NCBI GenBank assembly: GCA_032718475.1 | Contig: JAUCBJ010005822.1 | Location: 1 to 40,781, forward strand | Source of the DNA: Nemertoderma westbladi | Taxonomy: Eukaryota > Animalia > Xenacoelomorpha | DNA: 40,781 nt | Reading direction: 5' to 3' | In this document: positions 1-12,734 of the stretch, one piece after another | Layout of the letters: each line of letters opens with the position of its first letter | How positions within the stretch are numbered: the first letter of the stretch is position 1 | Notes under the pieces: model-generated | Told to the model about the DNA's origin: nothing | What the model saw: only the letters and a program-made list of their open reading frames with translations | The model's database searches: none | Translations under genes and position numbers: made by a program

Positions 1-1620
1 TGGGTATGAAGGTAATATGGTGGGTGTGAGTGGGTAGGAAGGTAATATGGTGGGTGTGAGTGGGTAGGAAGGTAATATGGTGGGTGTGAGTGGGTAGGAA
101 GGTAATATGGTGGGTGTGAGTGGGTAGGAAGGTAATATGGTGGGTGTGAGTGGGTAGGAAGGTAATATGGTGGGTGTGAGTGGGTAGGAAGGTAATATGG
201 TGGGTGTGAGTGGGTGAGGAAGGTAATATGGTGGGTGTGAGTGGGTAGGAAGGTAATATGGTGGGTGTGAGTGGGTAGGAAGGTAATATGGTGGGTGTGA
301 GTGGGTAGGAAGGTAATATGGTGGGTGTGAGTGGGTAGGAAGGTAATATGGTGGGTGTGAGTGGGTAGGAAGGTAATATGGTGGGTGTGAGTGGGTAGGA
401 AGGTAATATGGTGGGTGTGAGTGGGTAGGAAGGTAATATGGTGGGTGTGAGTGGGTAGGAAGGTAATATGGTGGGTGTGAGTGGGTAGGAAGGTAATATG
501 GTGGGTGTGAGTGGGTAGGAAGGTAATATGGTGGGTGTGAGTGGGTAGGAAGGTAATATGGTGGGTGTGAGTGGGTAGGAAGGTAATATGGTGGGTGTGA
601 GTGGGTAGGAAGGTAATATGGTGGGTGTGAGTGGGTAGGAAGGTAATATGGTGGGTGTGAGTGGGTAGGAAGGTAATATGGTGGGTGTGAGTGGGTAGGA
701 AGGTAATATGGTGGGTGTGAGTGGGTAGGAAGGTAATATGGTGGGTGTGAGTGGGTAGGAAGGTAATATGGTGGGTGTGAGTGGGTGGGTAGGAAGGTAA
801 TATGGTGGGTGTGAGTGGGTGGGTAGGAAGGTAATATGGTGGGTGTGAGTGGGTAGGAAGGTAATATGGTGGGTGTGAGTGGGTAGGAAGGTAATATGGT
901 GGGTGTGAGTGGGTAGGAAGGTAATATGGTGGGTGTGAGTGGGTAGGAAGGTAATATGGTGGGTGTGAGTGGGTAGGAAGGTAATATGGTGGGTGTGAGT
1001 GGGTAGGAAGGTAATATGGTGGGTGTGAGTGGGTAGGAAGGTAATATGGTGGGTGTGAGTGGGTATGAAGGTAATATGGTGGGTGTGAGTGGGTAGGAAG
1101 GTAATATGGTGGGTGTGAGTGGGTAGGAAGGTAATATGGTGGGTGTGAGTGGGTGGGTAAGGTAATATGGTGGGTGTGAGTGGGTATGGAAGGTAATATG
1201 GTGGGTGTGAGTGGGTAGGAAGGTAATATGGTGGGTGTGAGTGGGTAGGAAGGTAATATGGTGGGTGTGAGTGGGTAGGAAGGTAATATGGTGGGTGTGA
1301 GTGGGTAGGAAGGTAATATGGTGGGTGTGAGTGGGTGGGTAGGAAGGTAATATGGTGGGTGTGAGTGGGTGGGTAGGAAGGTAATGAGGTGGGTGTGAGT
1401 GGGTAGGAAGGTAATATGGTGGGTGTGAGTGGGTAGGAAGGTAATATGGTGGGTGTGAGTGGGTAGGAAGGTAATATGGTGGGTGTGAGTGGGTAGGAAG
1501 GTAATATGGTGGGTGTGAGTGGGTAGGAAGGTAATATGGTGGGTGTGAGTGGGTAGGAAGGTAATATGGTGGGTGTGAGTGGGTAGGAAGGTAATATGGT
1601 GGGTGTGAGTGGGTAGGAAG
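1..1620. repeat. G-rich 30-bp minisatellite (TGGGTAGGAAGGTAATATGGTGGGTGTGAG)n, ~54 copies, truncated by the window start
   Basis: Near-perfect 30-bp periodicity with no C on the + strand. Occasional extra GGGT. Confidence 0.98.
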
Positions 1621-2127
1621 TAACTCATGTCATATGTCATATTGTAATGTCATATACTATTTTACACAACTATTGCTCCCATTAATGCTCATTCATTAAA
1701 AATATTCATTTTAACATAACATTTTTTGACATTTATGTGGTCATTAAACTGTTTTCAGTTTATCTACCCAAAAAAAAATTTTATATAAGTAAAAATAATC
1801 CGAGCAGGAAAGGGATAAGATAAATACAGTTTTATATTTTTACTGAATTTTTTACTGTATTTTTACTTGATTCTCTTGATTTTACATTTCCTCTCCATCT
1901 TGTAATTTTTATATTCATTTCCAAATCAAACTTGTGCTAAATATATCAGTGCTATTTTAATTTGTGTTTATTAGTTGATAATTAACAATTTATTCGGATA
2001 TTAAATTTATCGTACATTGGTTACATTATATAATAATGTTTTTTATTTATTATAGTATCAACAAACACCGTCAAGAAAGTAAAATCAATTTCAATCATAA
2101 CTGTCACGGATCTAAGCGATGTAAAAA

Positions 2128-2423
2128 GCGACGCGTACGTGCTTGTGTGGTGTAGTTATTTGGCGTCTGTTATTGGTACGTGTCTAGCACGTCATTTGAC
2201 GTGCTTGTGTGGTGTTCCAGTGTAGTATTTGACGTCTGATGACGTAATTGACACGTGTCTAGCAAGTCATTTGACGTAAACTGTAGCACGTCATGGTTTG
2301 TCGTGCTCAAACACGTGTTTGACACTTCCAAAATACACGTAGCCAGGACGTCATTTTCAACACGTTGACGTCAAATAATTACGTCGTATCCACGTGTTTT
2401 AGACGTGTTGATGCTTATAGGGT
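2128..2423. repeat. ACGT-motif-rich degenerate repeat, probably the end of a non-autonomous DNA transposon
   Basis: Many CACGT/GACGT motifs in both orientations, with an internal duplication of ACGTGTCTAGCA..TCATTTGACGT. Ends in ...GATGCTTATAGGG. No partner TIR found. Confidence 0.45.
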
Positions 2424-3756
2424 AAGTCACAATCGTTATTGGTAACCTTTCTCTCTTACCTTCGGTATATCAAGAATATTGGGTTTCGGGGTTATTTATC
2501 GTTATTCCAAATATAATAATTCATCAACCATATTATGAAGAACTGACAGTAAATAGCAGTATAAAACAACAACTGAACACTGATTGTTATGAGTTTGCAA
2601 TGTTTCAGCAGTCAGCATGTATGATCAGTCAGCAGTGATTCCATGAGTCAGGTAGTTAAAGGATATATGTCCTTGTAATTAAACCTACTAGTGTAAGACT
2701 AAAAACAGTAAAGCACAAAATACTTCCAAGCCGTTCTTTCTTTGGCTCAGGACTGAATGTAAACACTGCACATAGGCATTGCGTCATTTCTCGGAAATTT
2801 TCTGTACAAGGAGCCACAAAAACGCTCTAATTGGCTGACTGAACTGAGAGACGCCGTAGAACAAAGGAAATCAACACGTATGAATGTCAGCTGTTAACCG
2901 TAGTCATAGTAACTACTGTTCAAGAGTAGCTATCACCCCTTTGCGTCACGAATTGCCATAGAATCATAAAATATGCCTTTCACAGTACACATACGGAGGA
3001 AATAGGTCTTAGATCCTCTAAAAACACCGATACAGCAATAATACGGTCTCTTACACTTATTAAATCAACTACAGAGTATTTTAATGTAAAAGATAATAAA
3101 AATAACGGGGCAATTCAGCAAAGGCTTTTACATATACAGTATTAGCGATCAAAAATTAGACAGATGACAGACAACTCGTCAACGGCACCCATATGCTAAG
3201 ACTTCGGGTCAATTTGTGGGCCGCCCCACATTTTGTATCCATATCTTGGTTGGAAATACTTAGTTGCACTTTATTATCACTAATTATCCAGAAATTACTG
3301 TTAGGTTAAGTGTAAGAGACCATTTTGACCATGAAATTCGTACAGGTCCCGTACTTTACTTAACAATGTCCCATACTTTATCACACAAACCACACTGTAA
3401 AAAATAATGCAGCAATTCGTCTTATATTTATATTTTTATTTAAGCTTAATAATACAGCTTTATCCTAAACATCAACTCAACACCGTACCTGCGCACAATT
3501 CGCTAAATTTTAGAATTGAAATCATAAAATAAAAAAAACCATTTCGTACGAATCCGTACTTTACCTTAATTGGACAAGCTGGTGTTTTCTCAAAAGTGAC
3601 TAAGTCCCGCCATAAGCTTCGCGAAATCAAAGCTGATATTCGAAAGTTTAATCCAAGCACAATTTTGTGCACATATGTGCTGTGGATAACATTGTACAGG
3701 CAATCAAAGTTCAAAATTGTGTACGAATGTCCCGTACTTTACTTTGGAATGAGCCT

Positions 3757-5690
3757 TTTGTTGATTGACGCATAGCCACAAAAACAATACAGAATGAACC
3801 GGCCCCAGTAAGTGTCAATGGTGTTTCGACCATAATTACAACTTAAAAAGGCCCGTACACATCCGACGGAACGGTACACCGCGCGGTGTACCGCTGGGCC
3901 AGCGGTACACCGCTGACTGTGAACGACCCAACAGGTAGTTGTACGCTAAACCGCGCGGTTTACCGCAGCCCATATAAACAATGTTAAAACAGTTAATGTA
4001 ATTTTGTGATGAATTCACAGTCCACAGATAGACAATCAGTACCGTTGGGTGTCAACGGGCTCCGCGTAGTGTACCGCAGGCTTACCACAGCAATACCGGG
4101 TAGTGTACCGCTGGCTTACCGCTTCAATACAGCTAGACTACTTTACCGTGAACGAGGCTAGAGATCAGAAGTTGCCCTACAATACTTAATTCAGGCACAA
4201 TTCATTGTAAGATTAATGCTTGCATGCGCAGTATTGACTGTCGCAGCATGTAAATAAATACCGGTAATCAATTTGTTAAATTATTCTGCAAACATTTTAT
4301 ACTTGAAATCCTATAATGAAATTTGAAAAATTTCACAAGTAAATTACTGTTTTTTTTTAAATAATTTGATCATTATGTAATTAGTTTTACTTCAGCAGTC
4401 GTATCGTTATGTATTAAAATTTTGTAATAAAAGTCAAAAGTAAACACAGGCTTACTTGTTACAAAGTATTTTACTCACGCACTCACTACATCAGCACAAA
4501 AAGTGGTACTTTATTTTAAACAAAAAGAATGAAAATAATTATATTACTGTACTTCTCAATTATTATTATAAAGAAGGGAATGGGAACATAGATTGATGTA
4601 GGCGCTACCAGTACTTATAGAACAATATTACTGTTGTAATTGCAAGTCTGAGTCTGTAGCATATGTAGGCCTACAGTACAAGGAGTACCAGTACAGTATA
4701 TGATGATAATTGATTTTCGAGAAACGGTGCAAAAATAGTAGGACGTCATACAGTGTAACACAACATGATATTTTATATATCCTTATAGGAAATAAAATAT
4801 AACACACGGATAATTAGAGGCATGATGTACTGTGAACAGTATATAACATACCCCCCCCCCCCCCCGGTACATTAACATTGTTCGATATGCCTGTGTTACA
4901 TCTCTGTGTAATTCCATCGTATGGACTAATATTGCCCGCGAATTTCCAAGTTTATTTGCATTTTTAATTAACAACTTCATTTTTCAACAACATACGGTTT
5001 GTCAATCATGGAACCAATATTACAACATGGAGACAAGAACCTCAGTAGGTAATGAAAACGAATCGTGATATCTATCAATTCAAGTTATGGTTCTGATCAA
5101 GGTTAGGAATATGGTTTGCTTTTTAGTAATAGGCCTCTAATCTTGCAATTTCATTAAAATTAGTAAAAAAATTATACTGCCACAACAGTCTCCGCTGCTG
5201 CAATGTGAGTGGAGTATTTCAGATGACAACATAACAACTCCTGCCCTGCGTGTAACCCGTGTATGGGAAAGAGTAATACTAATGTGTACATAACTCTGCA
5301 CAAAGGGAGGGACTAATAAATAAATTGTTGTGGGGTGGGGCCGGCGAATTAAATATATTTTAAGTAATAGTCGAGTAAATCTAGCAAAAACTCTCATGTA
5401 TTTCGCAATAAACCTGAACCACAAATTTTGGATTCACTATTACCTTGTTAATGACCAAAAAGGTTTATAAAATTAATTAGCGATGTTCCAGAATAATTTA
5501 TTTAATTTCACAATAAGCTGTGATTCAATGGGACATGAGTATTACAGTGGTGTGTTACACATTAAAAGAAAAGCTAAAAAAATATATTGAAAATTGCTGT
5601 AGGCTATAAAGTCGCGATACTTAGAAGTTTCATTTTATCGCAATTATTCATTTCATTTTTGCAGCATTTTAGAGAAAAAGTCTTAAATTT
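3757..5690 (+). repeat. ~1.9-kb dispersed repeat, copy A (inverted relative to 37393-39632)
   Basis: Reverse-complement match runs from TTTGTTGATTGACGCATAGCC (3757) to AGAGAAAAAGTCTTAAATTT (5690). Both copies yield the same peptide in the ORF track (5137..5424 - and 37877..38143 +). Confidence 0.95.
3849..4159. mobile_element. Small TIR element (PIF/Harbinger-like MITE) inside repeat copy A
   Basis: Imperfect TIRs AGGCCCGTACAC / GTGAACGAGGCT and internal CGGTACAC/GTGTACCG motifs. The superfamily is inferred from the GGCCC-type end. Confidence 0.45.
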
Positions 5691-6270
5691 TCTGGGCTTG
5701 AGGTCTTTTACCCAGGTCAGGTCCATAATTCGCACTCAGATAACGCAATAACTGTGATTAATATTTATAATAAAAATATATATATATATATCGGTTAGAA
5801 CTGACAATGTATAATATGGAATAAATAAGGACTTACTTCTATTGCACCAAACAATAAAATCCACAACCAAGCGTTCACAATAAATAATCATTAAACGTAT
5901 TATTAATATTTATATTTTTTACGGTACTAGTGTTAGTACATATACACATAGGCCGACTTACATTGGACTTTGCTTGTATACAGTAAATGTTTTGGGTGAT
6001 TTTAGTATCGATGATATTGTCGTCATAAATAAACCAGGCCCAAATGGAATTATTGAGGCGTTTCGAAAGTGTCCAATCCGTTAAATAAAAACCCATATAA
6101 TAAAAAAAAAACAAATTTGGGATATATATTTTGAGTGAAAGTATTGAATAATGTACCGTATTCTAATCTTTTGACATTTGGGACAATATTTTTTTTGTTT
6201 ATAACTTGATAACAAATATACCAAAACAGCAATGATTGACAGCCCAATAAATAATATTGATTAGAATTAA

Positions 6271-6304
6271 AGCTAACTAAGCTAACTAAGCTAACTAAGC
6301 TAAC
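6271..6304. repeat. 9-bp microsatellite (AGCTAACTA), ~4 copies
   Basis: Direct reading of the sequence. Confidence 0.85.
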
Positions 6305-6669
6305 CAAAATATCACAAAACCGATTACGTTAGGATTCCCACCTTTTGTATTATAAAGCTATTATAATTTATGATAATAATTTAATTTAAATTCAAGCATC
6401 CCAAATTTATGCCGCCAGAATAATTAAATAAATAGCAACGTATTAAAATATCAAACACCGAATAAAATAAACAAATAAACAAACATATTATATAAAATAA
6501 AATTTATATGTTTAAATACAATATCCATATATTATATATATATATATTATATTGAGTGGAATTTTCAATTGTAAAAAACAGTGAAGTATAGAGCTCACTA
6601 ACTTGTATTGCTTTCTTTTACTAGTTTGTGTGATAGAAAGTCCAGAACTAGACCTTTCATGCGAATTTT

Positions 6670-6886
6670 ATGGGCTCAGAGTGCGAAACCCGGGTATTCT
6701 GTGGTGTAGCAAACAGTCGGCCGAGGCCGGAAGCGACCCGAAGGCTCCCCTTTCGATAGCTGCTACCGGAAGGTATGGGTGGGCGCTACTCCTATCCGAA
6801 ATTTTGATCACATTAATAATTCTAATGGTCCTCATTACATCGACTCCATTGGAACGTTGGCGACCAACCAACTGAGCTACCCGGAC
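6670..6886 (-). mobile_element. Possible tRNA-derived SINE / structured retroposon fragment
   Basis: A-box-like GGTAGCTCAGTTGGT on the minus strand (6881-6867), followed by a GC-rich body with hairpins. No clear B box. Confidence 0.4.
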
Positions 6887-7932
6887 TTCGGCACTCAGAC
6901 GGAATAGGAATAGTCTTCCAATTTTTAGAAATGTAAAATAGTTTGAAAAAGTGCTACTTTCCAATAGTTGGCGAATAATTAGTTTTATGATTTAGAACAA
7001 TGTACTACAGTAATTCAGAACCATTAATGGGCCATTAGCACATAAATTTCGTGCTCTAAACAACAATATTATTGAAATATTGTTTATAGTCACTAAATTA
7101 CGACATGGAGTAAGTAATTTCATTCGAAAAATGAAAAATTATTTAAAGACAAACTATTTTTTTCACATTTGTGTCACATTGATAACTTCTTCCTCAGCAT
7201 TCAGACCAGTCTCATAAAGTTCTACATAACGAACATAATGCTGTAAGATTTCTATATAATATTTCTAATTTCAAAAAATCATAATTAAAATATACCGTTA
7301 AGGTTAACCATCGGGGTCCGGTAAAAATAATTCGGGAATAATAACAGAAGTTGGTCGAGAACCTGAAATATCCAGAAGAAAATGTAATTTTTTAGTCAAT
7401 GCGAAAAAATTAACTAGCACTTGATGTTATACCTGAAATATCACAATACAGTTGGAAATACTACAGGAATACATCGAATTAAACATCACATTATCTTTGT
7501 TTCCAAAACAAAGAGAACTTCCGCTGACTAAGTTCAAATAAGAAACGTATATACTGTAAACACGGGTTACATGGTCAGGGTAGGTGAAATGGATACGCCA
7601 ACAATATTACTATCAATCTCAGAGATCATAGTTTCGGGAGGTCCCTTTATAAATACACTGAAAAAAGTAAGTGCCGGTCGATTTTTTAACCATTGGTTAT
7701 GGATAGGTACTTGCGGTAGTGATTGGTAAACCGGGGGTTAGTATGGATCATACAAAAATGGCTGGTAGTAACCTCCGGTTACGATATTAAACCGGCGGTT
7801 TAAGATATATTGGTTATATTACCTGAAACGAAACCTGTAGTCATTGCGGAATTTTGCATAGAAAGTGACGGTTGTATTAAAAAGGTGGTTATTAAATTTT
7901 CAAACTGGCGGTTCTTATTGATGAAAACATAT

Positions 7933-8665
7933 AATTTTCAAACCGGCGGTTTTTATGAAATGTAAAAATGGCGGTTTTATTTTCAAACTGTTGGTTCTTG
8001 TTAATTAAACGCTTATAGTTTTCAAACCGGCGGTTTTTATGAAATGTAAAAATGGTGGTCTTATATTCAAACTGTCGGTTCTTGTTAATAAACACCTATG
8101 TAGTTTTCAAACCGGCTGTTTTTATGAAATGTAAAAATGGTGGTCTTATATTCAAACTGTCGGTTCTTGTTAATAAACACGTATGTAGTTTTCAAACCGG
8201 CTGTTTTTATGAAATGTAAAAATGGTGGTCTTATATTCAAACTGTCGGTTCTTGTTAATTAACACGTATGTAGTTTTCAAACCGGCGGTTTTTATGAAAT
8301 GTAAAAATGGTGGTCTTATATTCAAACTGTCGGTTCTTGTTAATTAACACGTATGTAGTTTTCAAACCGGCTGTTTTTATGAAATGTAAAAATGGTGGTC
8401 TTATATTCAAACTGTCGGTTCTTGTTAATAAACACGTATGTCGTTTTCAAACCGGCTGTTTTTATGAAATGTAAAAATGGTGGTCTTATATTCAAACTGT
8501 CGGTTCTTGTTAATAAACACGTATGTCGTTTTCAAACCGGCTGTTTGTATGAAATGTAAAAATGGTGGTCTTATATTCAAACTGTCGGTTCTTGTTAATT
8601 AACACGTCTATGTCGTTTTCAAACCGGCGTTTGTATGAAATGTAAAAATGGCGGTTGTATTTTCA
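7933..8665. repeat. 85-bp tandem repeat, ~8-9 copies, inside the CACTG element
   Basis: TAGTTTTCAAACCGG recurs at 8101, 8186, 8271 and onward. Confidence 0.93.
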
Positions 8666-8763
8666 CAATTGCCGGTTTTTACTATACATTGAACCCTAAG
8701 TTGTGTAATTCAACTGGTAATGCCGTTATTACTGTATTACAGAGGCGTGATATGATATAACTA

Positions 8764-9010
8764 ATTTACAATAATAACTGCCAGTTTATCACAGAACCAC
8801 AGATTTACAATAATGACTGCCAGTTTATCACAGAACCACAGATTTACAATAATGACTGCCAGTTTATCACAGAACCACAGATTTACAATAATGACTGCCA
8901 GTTTATCACAGAACCACAGATTTACAATAATGACTGCCAGTTTATCACAGAACCACAGACATAGAACCGCAGATTTGCAATAATAACTGCCAGTTTATCA
9001 CAGAACCACA
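8764..9010. repeat. 39-bp tandem repeat (GATTTACAATAATGACTGCCAGTTTATCACAGAACCACA), ~6 copies
   Basis: Unit starts at 8802, 8841 and 8880. Confidence 0.93.
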
Positions 9011-10037
9011 CACAGTTTGTATATGTAAATATAAAAAGTAAATATATATAATCAAAACATAATTTTAAATTATTAATTAAACTTGGTTAAAATTAATTTA
9101 TTTATATAAATTAATTGAAATGAATTATCTAATATGGCTGAAAAGAAGACAAATGATATTAAAATTAATAATCAAAACACTATTTGTTGATCATCAACTA
9201 AAATTAATTAGGATATCCATAAATCTAAATGAATTAAATATTTTCCTATTTACTTAGCCGTGTGTATCCAATGTTTATGTAGAGTATTGTATGCATTGGC
9301 CATAGGCCGTAAGCGTAGAGTAGGATGTAGGGATTAGATAAGGTAGGCTTTCACCCCCCTCCCCCCATATCTCCATGTTGTAACATTGAGCTTCATGTGT
9401 GCCCTGAATGTCCTGTCCTTCTAACCAAACATTATTTTCAGATAACCACAGGTTATAAGTTTTTTTTGCTCTTTATAACCACAGGTTAGTACGTTTTAAC
9501 CGTGGGTTTTTCTTTTATAACCAGAGGTTATAAATAAATTAAAGCTTCAGTTTATTAAAATTACCGCCAGTTTTCTCAAATAAAACCGCCAGTTGACTGT
9601 TAATTAAACGGCGGTTTCGTAAAAACTGGTTACCTGTGGTTTTTTGAGAAAACCGGCAGTTTTAAATAGTTGAAACGCCAGTTACCAGCAGTAAACCATA
9701 GGTTAATAAATGCCGATTAAGTATTTGACCGGGAATTTGCGTTAAACCAAAACCTGAGGTTACAGAAACCGGCAGTTCCTTGCGATATAAAATACCAGAG
9801 GTTTTACAACGCATTTTTAGGTTCTAAACAACTGGGGGTTATGGAACCGCCGGTTTTACGAGAGATAATCAACCCCCGGTTTGTACAACTGCCAGTTCTT
9901 GGCAACGTTTATTTACCGCCGGTTTGTAAAAACAACCTGCGGTGGTTTTCGTTGCAAAACAACCCCAGGTAGTTCTTGCAAACCGGCAGTTTTTTAACAA
10001 AATACCACCACTTACTTTTTTCAGTGTAGATCCGACT

Positions 10038-10308
10038 CATCGTGGTTGACGATAAGTGAAAACAAATGAATTTATCGTCTCATCTCAAACGAAATAACCT
10101 GTGGTTGGACCGCTAATGTGGTGCTAATGGCACAAATAAAATATGCTACATATATATAGAATCTATCGTGGTTCTATCTATCGTCCCATCGTGGTTGACG
10201 ATAAGTGAAAACAAATGAATTTATCGTCTCATCTCAAACGAAATAACCTGTGGTTGGACCGCTAATGTGGTGCTAATGGCACAAATAAAATATGCTACAT
10301 ATATATAG
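10038..10308. repeat. Direct duplication of ~122 bp, period 149 bp
   Basis: CATCGTGGTTGACGATAAG...CATATATATAG at 10038-10159 and again at 10187-10308. Confidence 0.9.
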
Positions 10309-11124
10309 GAAAAAAAAATCAAAATCCTAATCAAAGCAAATCTTAATCGGGTTTTAATTAAAGCTTTGATACCTTATTCTTTAATTAGGGTCTGATAATA
10401 ATTAATGGCTTGTAGCTGCTAACACCAGCGAAACCTTAAATAACACATAAAACCAAAATCTTTCAGCCACCAAATAGTACAATTTATCAGTAGGTTTATG
10501 TAGCCTATGTTATGTAAAGGAATCTTAAAGTAAAAATGTTGACACAACGACAACAATAGTTAACGTTAACACAACGTCAGAGTGACTCAACAAACAGTCA
10601 GTCTCCTAATGAACAGCTGTGGATTAATTGTGAATAGAATATTATGAAACTTTACGTCGGCTGGTTTTAGGAAACATTCAAATTAGTTCAAGCAGTGGTT
10701 GTAAGAGCAACTTGTGATTATTGTGGCAGAATCACACAACACGTCGAATAATTAAAATGCAGTAATTTTTGAAACCCCGATAATTAAATGTTATTAATTT
10801 TACTCTGTAAATGGCGGAATTATACCACAGTATGCGAATCTCAAGTTAATAAAATATTCTTCAAAAAGGATTTGATTGTGTAAAACTGTCGCGACACATT
10901 CAGTGATCGTATTTTATTACTTTTATTTTTGGCTGAACATACTTTTATTTGGCTTTTACTTTGTAAGTTGTATCAAACGCGCTCTCAGCGAAATGTTCAC
11001 AAACACAGACACCAAAAATCGAAAACAAACACATTCCTTGCAGAACATACAGTATCACTAATTAAATTAATAACACTCGTTAAATTTTTACGTTAAATAA
11101 ACACTGAAATAACAGCGATTGCAC

Positions 11125-11508
11125 TGGTGAGTACAAGACCGAAGACCCAAAGACTAAAGACCTGTTCAAAACACATGTGTTAACTTTCGTTTATTGTATT
11201 GTTTGGTTCCCCCAACACGCCTCTGTAACCTGCTCCTTTACTAACCTACACCTTTAAGTGGGAATGGGACCCAACGCTCTTTGGGACCTAACGCTCTTTA
11301 GGACCTAACGCGACTTTACCTCTTTGTTTTGTACAGCTCCAAGACTGAAAAGAGCGTTAGGTCCCATTGTCATTTAAAGGAGCAGGTTAGTAAAGGAGCC
11401 GGTTACATAGCAGGTTTACGTGTTGGGGGAACCAAAACAATAAACGAAGGTTAACACATGTTACACACATCCACTCTTTGTAATTAGGTCTTTGTTTTGT
11501 ACTCACCC
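11125..11508. mobile_element. Foldback MITE with a 10-bp TSD (Mutator-like), in the presumed HID1 3' UTR
   Basis: TSD GCGATTGCAC at 11115-11124 and 11509-11518. Termini TGGTGAGTACAA / TTGTACTCACCC. Long imperfect inverted arms, e.g. TTTGGTTCCCCCAACACG / CGTGTTGGGGGAACCAAA. Confidence 0.85.
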
Positions 11509-11542
11509 GCGATTGCACGTAACATCGAGTACCGAAATGAAT

Positions 11543-12692
11543 CTAAACTCGCTGAATCTCGAAGAGTTTAACGTTGGTATCGTACCACACTGGGGGATCT
11601 ACATTCTGTAGGTATATGATACCCCACATGTAGGTTCGAAACCACATGGCGGTACCGGCGTTAGGTTGGTACTTACGGATTAGTATGGGGTGCGGTACCG
11701 GCAGTAGACCTACCAGTGTACCGTGCTGAAGAAACTTGAGGATCTCGCTCTCATCCGTTAAACCCTTATCGATGCAAATTTTCTCGACCTGAGGGACTAG
11801 GACCTGTAGCAGTCGCATAATAGTCTGTAAAGGGAGTTTCTGCTTCCAACCCTGAACCCATTGCGTTGAAGCTACCCATTGGGACCGCTGCTGGGAGCGA
11901 CGAGACTCCCTGGCGGCGACCCCGAACGGGAAGGGGGCGGCGACGGAACGGGACGCGGGTAGCGCTACGGGACTGGTGGAGGCGGAGGCAGCCATCCGAG
12001 AGGCCCCCTCCGGCTCGGCACCCCGACTCTCGCTACACTCCGGGTCGCTGGCCCCACCGCCCCATTCCCCGGCCGCTGCAGCGCCCCCCATCGGATGGGT
12101 GCGGTCCGTCATTATCTCGAGGGCGGGCGTCGCAGCCAGCGTTACCGTTCGGGTCCCTGGCTCGGCCTCGGTGGCCGGTGTAGACCCCGCCATCGACGGC
12201 TCCAACCCACTCCCTCTCGCCTCCTCCGACTGCGCCCTAACTGTAGCCTCCTCTAACTTACTGGTTGACGACTTCTTCTGCTTCTTGTCCAGGGCCTGTT
12301 GTAACGAGGGACCGTCTGTAGCGAAGTTAGCCAACTGGTGGAAAACATTCCTCTTGCGAATAATCGTGTAGACGAGATTCGCGTTCCCATCGAACTGATA
12401 CTGGATGATGTTGTTGAAAACCTCTAGAAGAAAGAACACGAGATGGTGGTTGCTAGGGTTACTGATGAGGAACCAAGGCGTGGAGAAGGCCTCCAGTAGA
12501 TGGAGTAACTTTGTCGAGGCGACCATAGACAATGACTTCACGTACGGGGATACGTTGCAAATGATGGTTAACATGCTCTCGAACAGAGGTTGAAGTCGTT
12601 GGTGGCCTGTGGTTATGATCTTGTGGAACACGATAATGAGGAGGTCGGCGTGGGTTCCAGTAAACACCGGGATATCCATCGGTACGCGAACA
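11543..12692 (-). CDS. HID1: HID1 exon 4 (terminal coding exon, 1150 bp)
   Basis: Acceptor TTTCACCGTTACAG. Encodes (S)VRVPMDIPVFTGTHADLL...KLPLQTIMRLLQVLVPQVEKICIDKGLTDESEIL...VKLFEIQRV*, which I recognise as the conserved HID1 C-terminal half. Confidence 0.96.
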
Positions 12693-12734
12693 CTGTAACG
12701 GTGAAACAGAGTTTAATATGTTACGTTCTATACT

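Larger units (their letters stand above)
7656..10026. mobile_element. Non-autonomous CACTA/EnSpm (CMC)-like DNA transposon, 2371 bp
   Basis: Perfect 18-bp TIRs CACTGAAAAAAGTAAGTG / CACTTACTTTTTTCAGTG, flanked by TA on both sides. Many subterminal AACC..GG/CC..GGTT motifs. No transposase ORF. Confidence 0.85.

Noticed and set aside
2056-2134. Possible plus-strand exon (TATAG...GC|GTACGT)
   Set aside because: Splice-like ends and open frames, but no recognisable peptide or partner exons.
3045-3321. MITE defined by the 15-bp inverted pair GGTCTCTTACACTTA / TAAGTGTAAGAGACC
   Set aside because: No TSD, and the orientation is ambiguous (it may be the ends of two adjacent elements); a related motif also occurs at ~2690.
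5137-5424. Duplicated small gene (shared peptide with 37877..38143)
   Set aside because: The similarity is explained by the inverted repeat. Start sites and frames differ between copies and no domain is evident.
11866-12593. Plus-strand ORFs overlapping HID1 exon 4 (likewise those over exons 1-3)
   Set aside because: Antisense shadows of GC-rich coding sequence with no recognisable domains.
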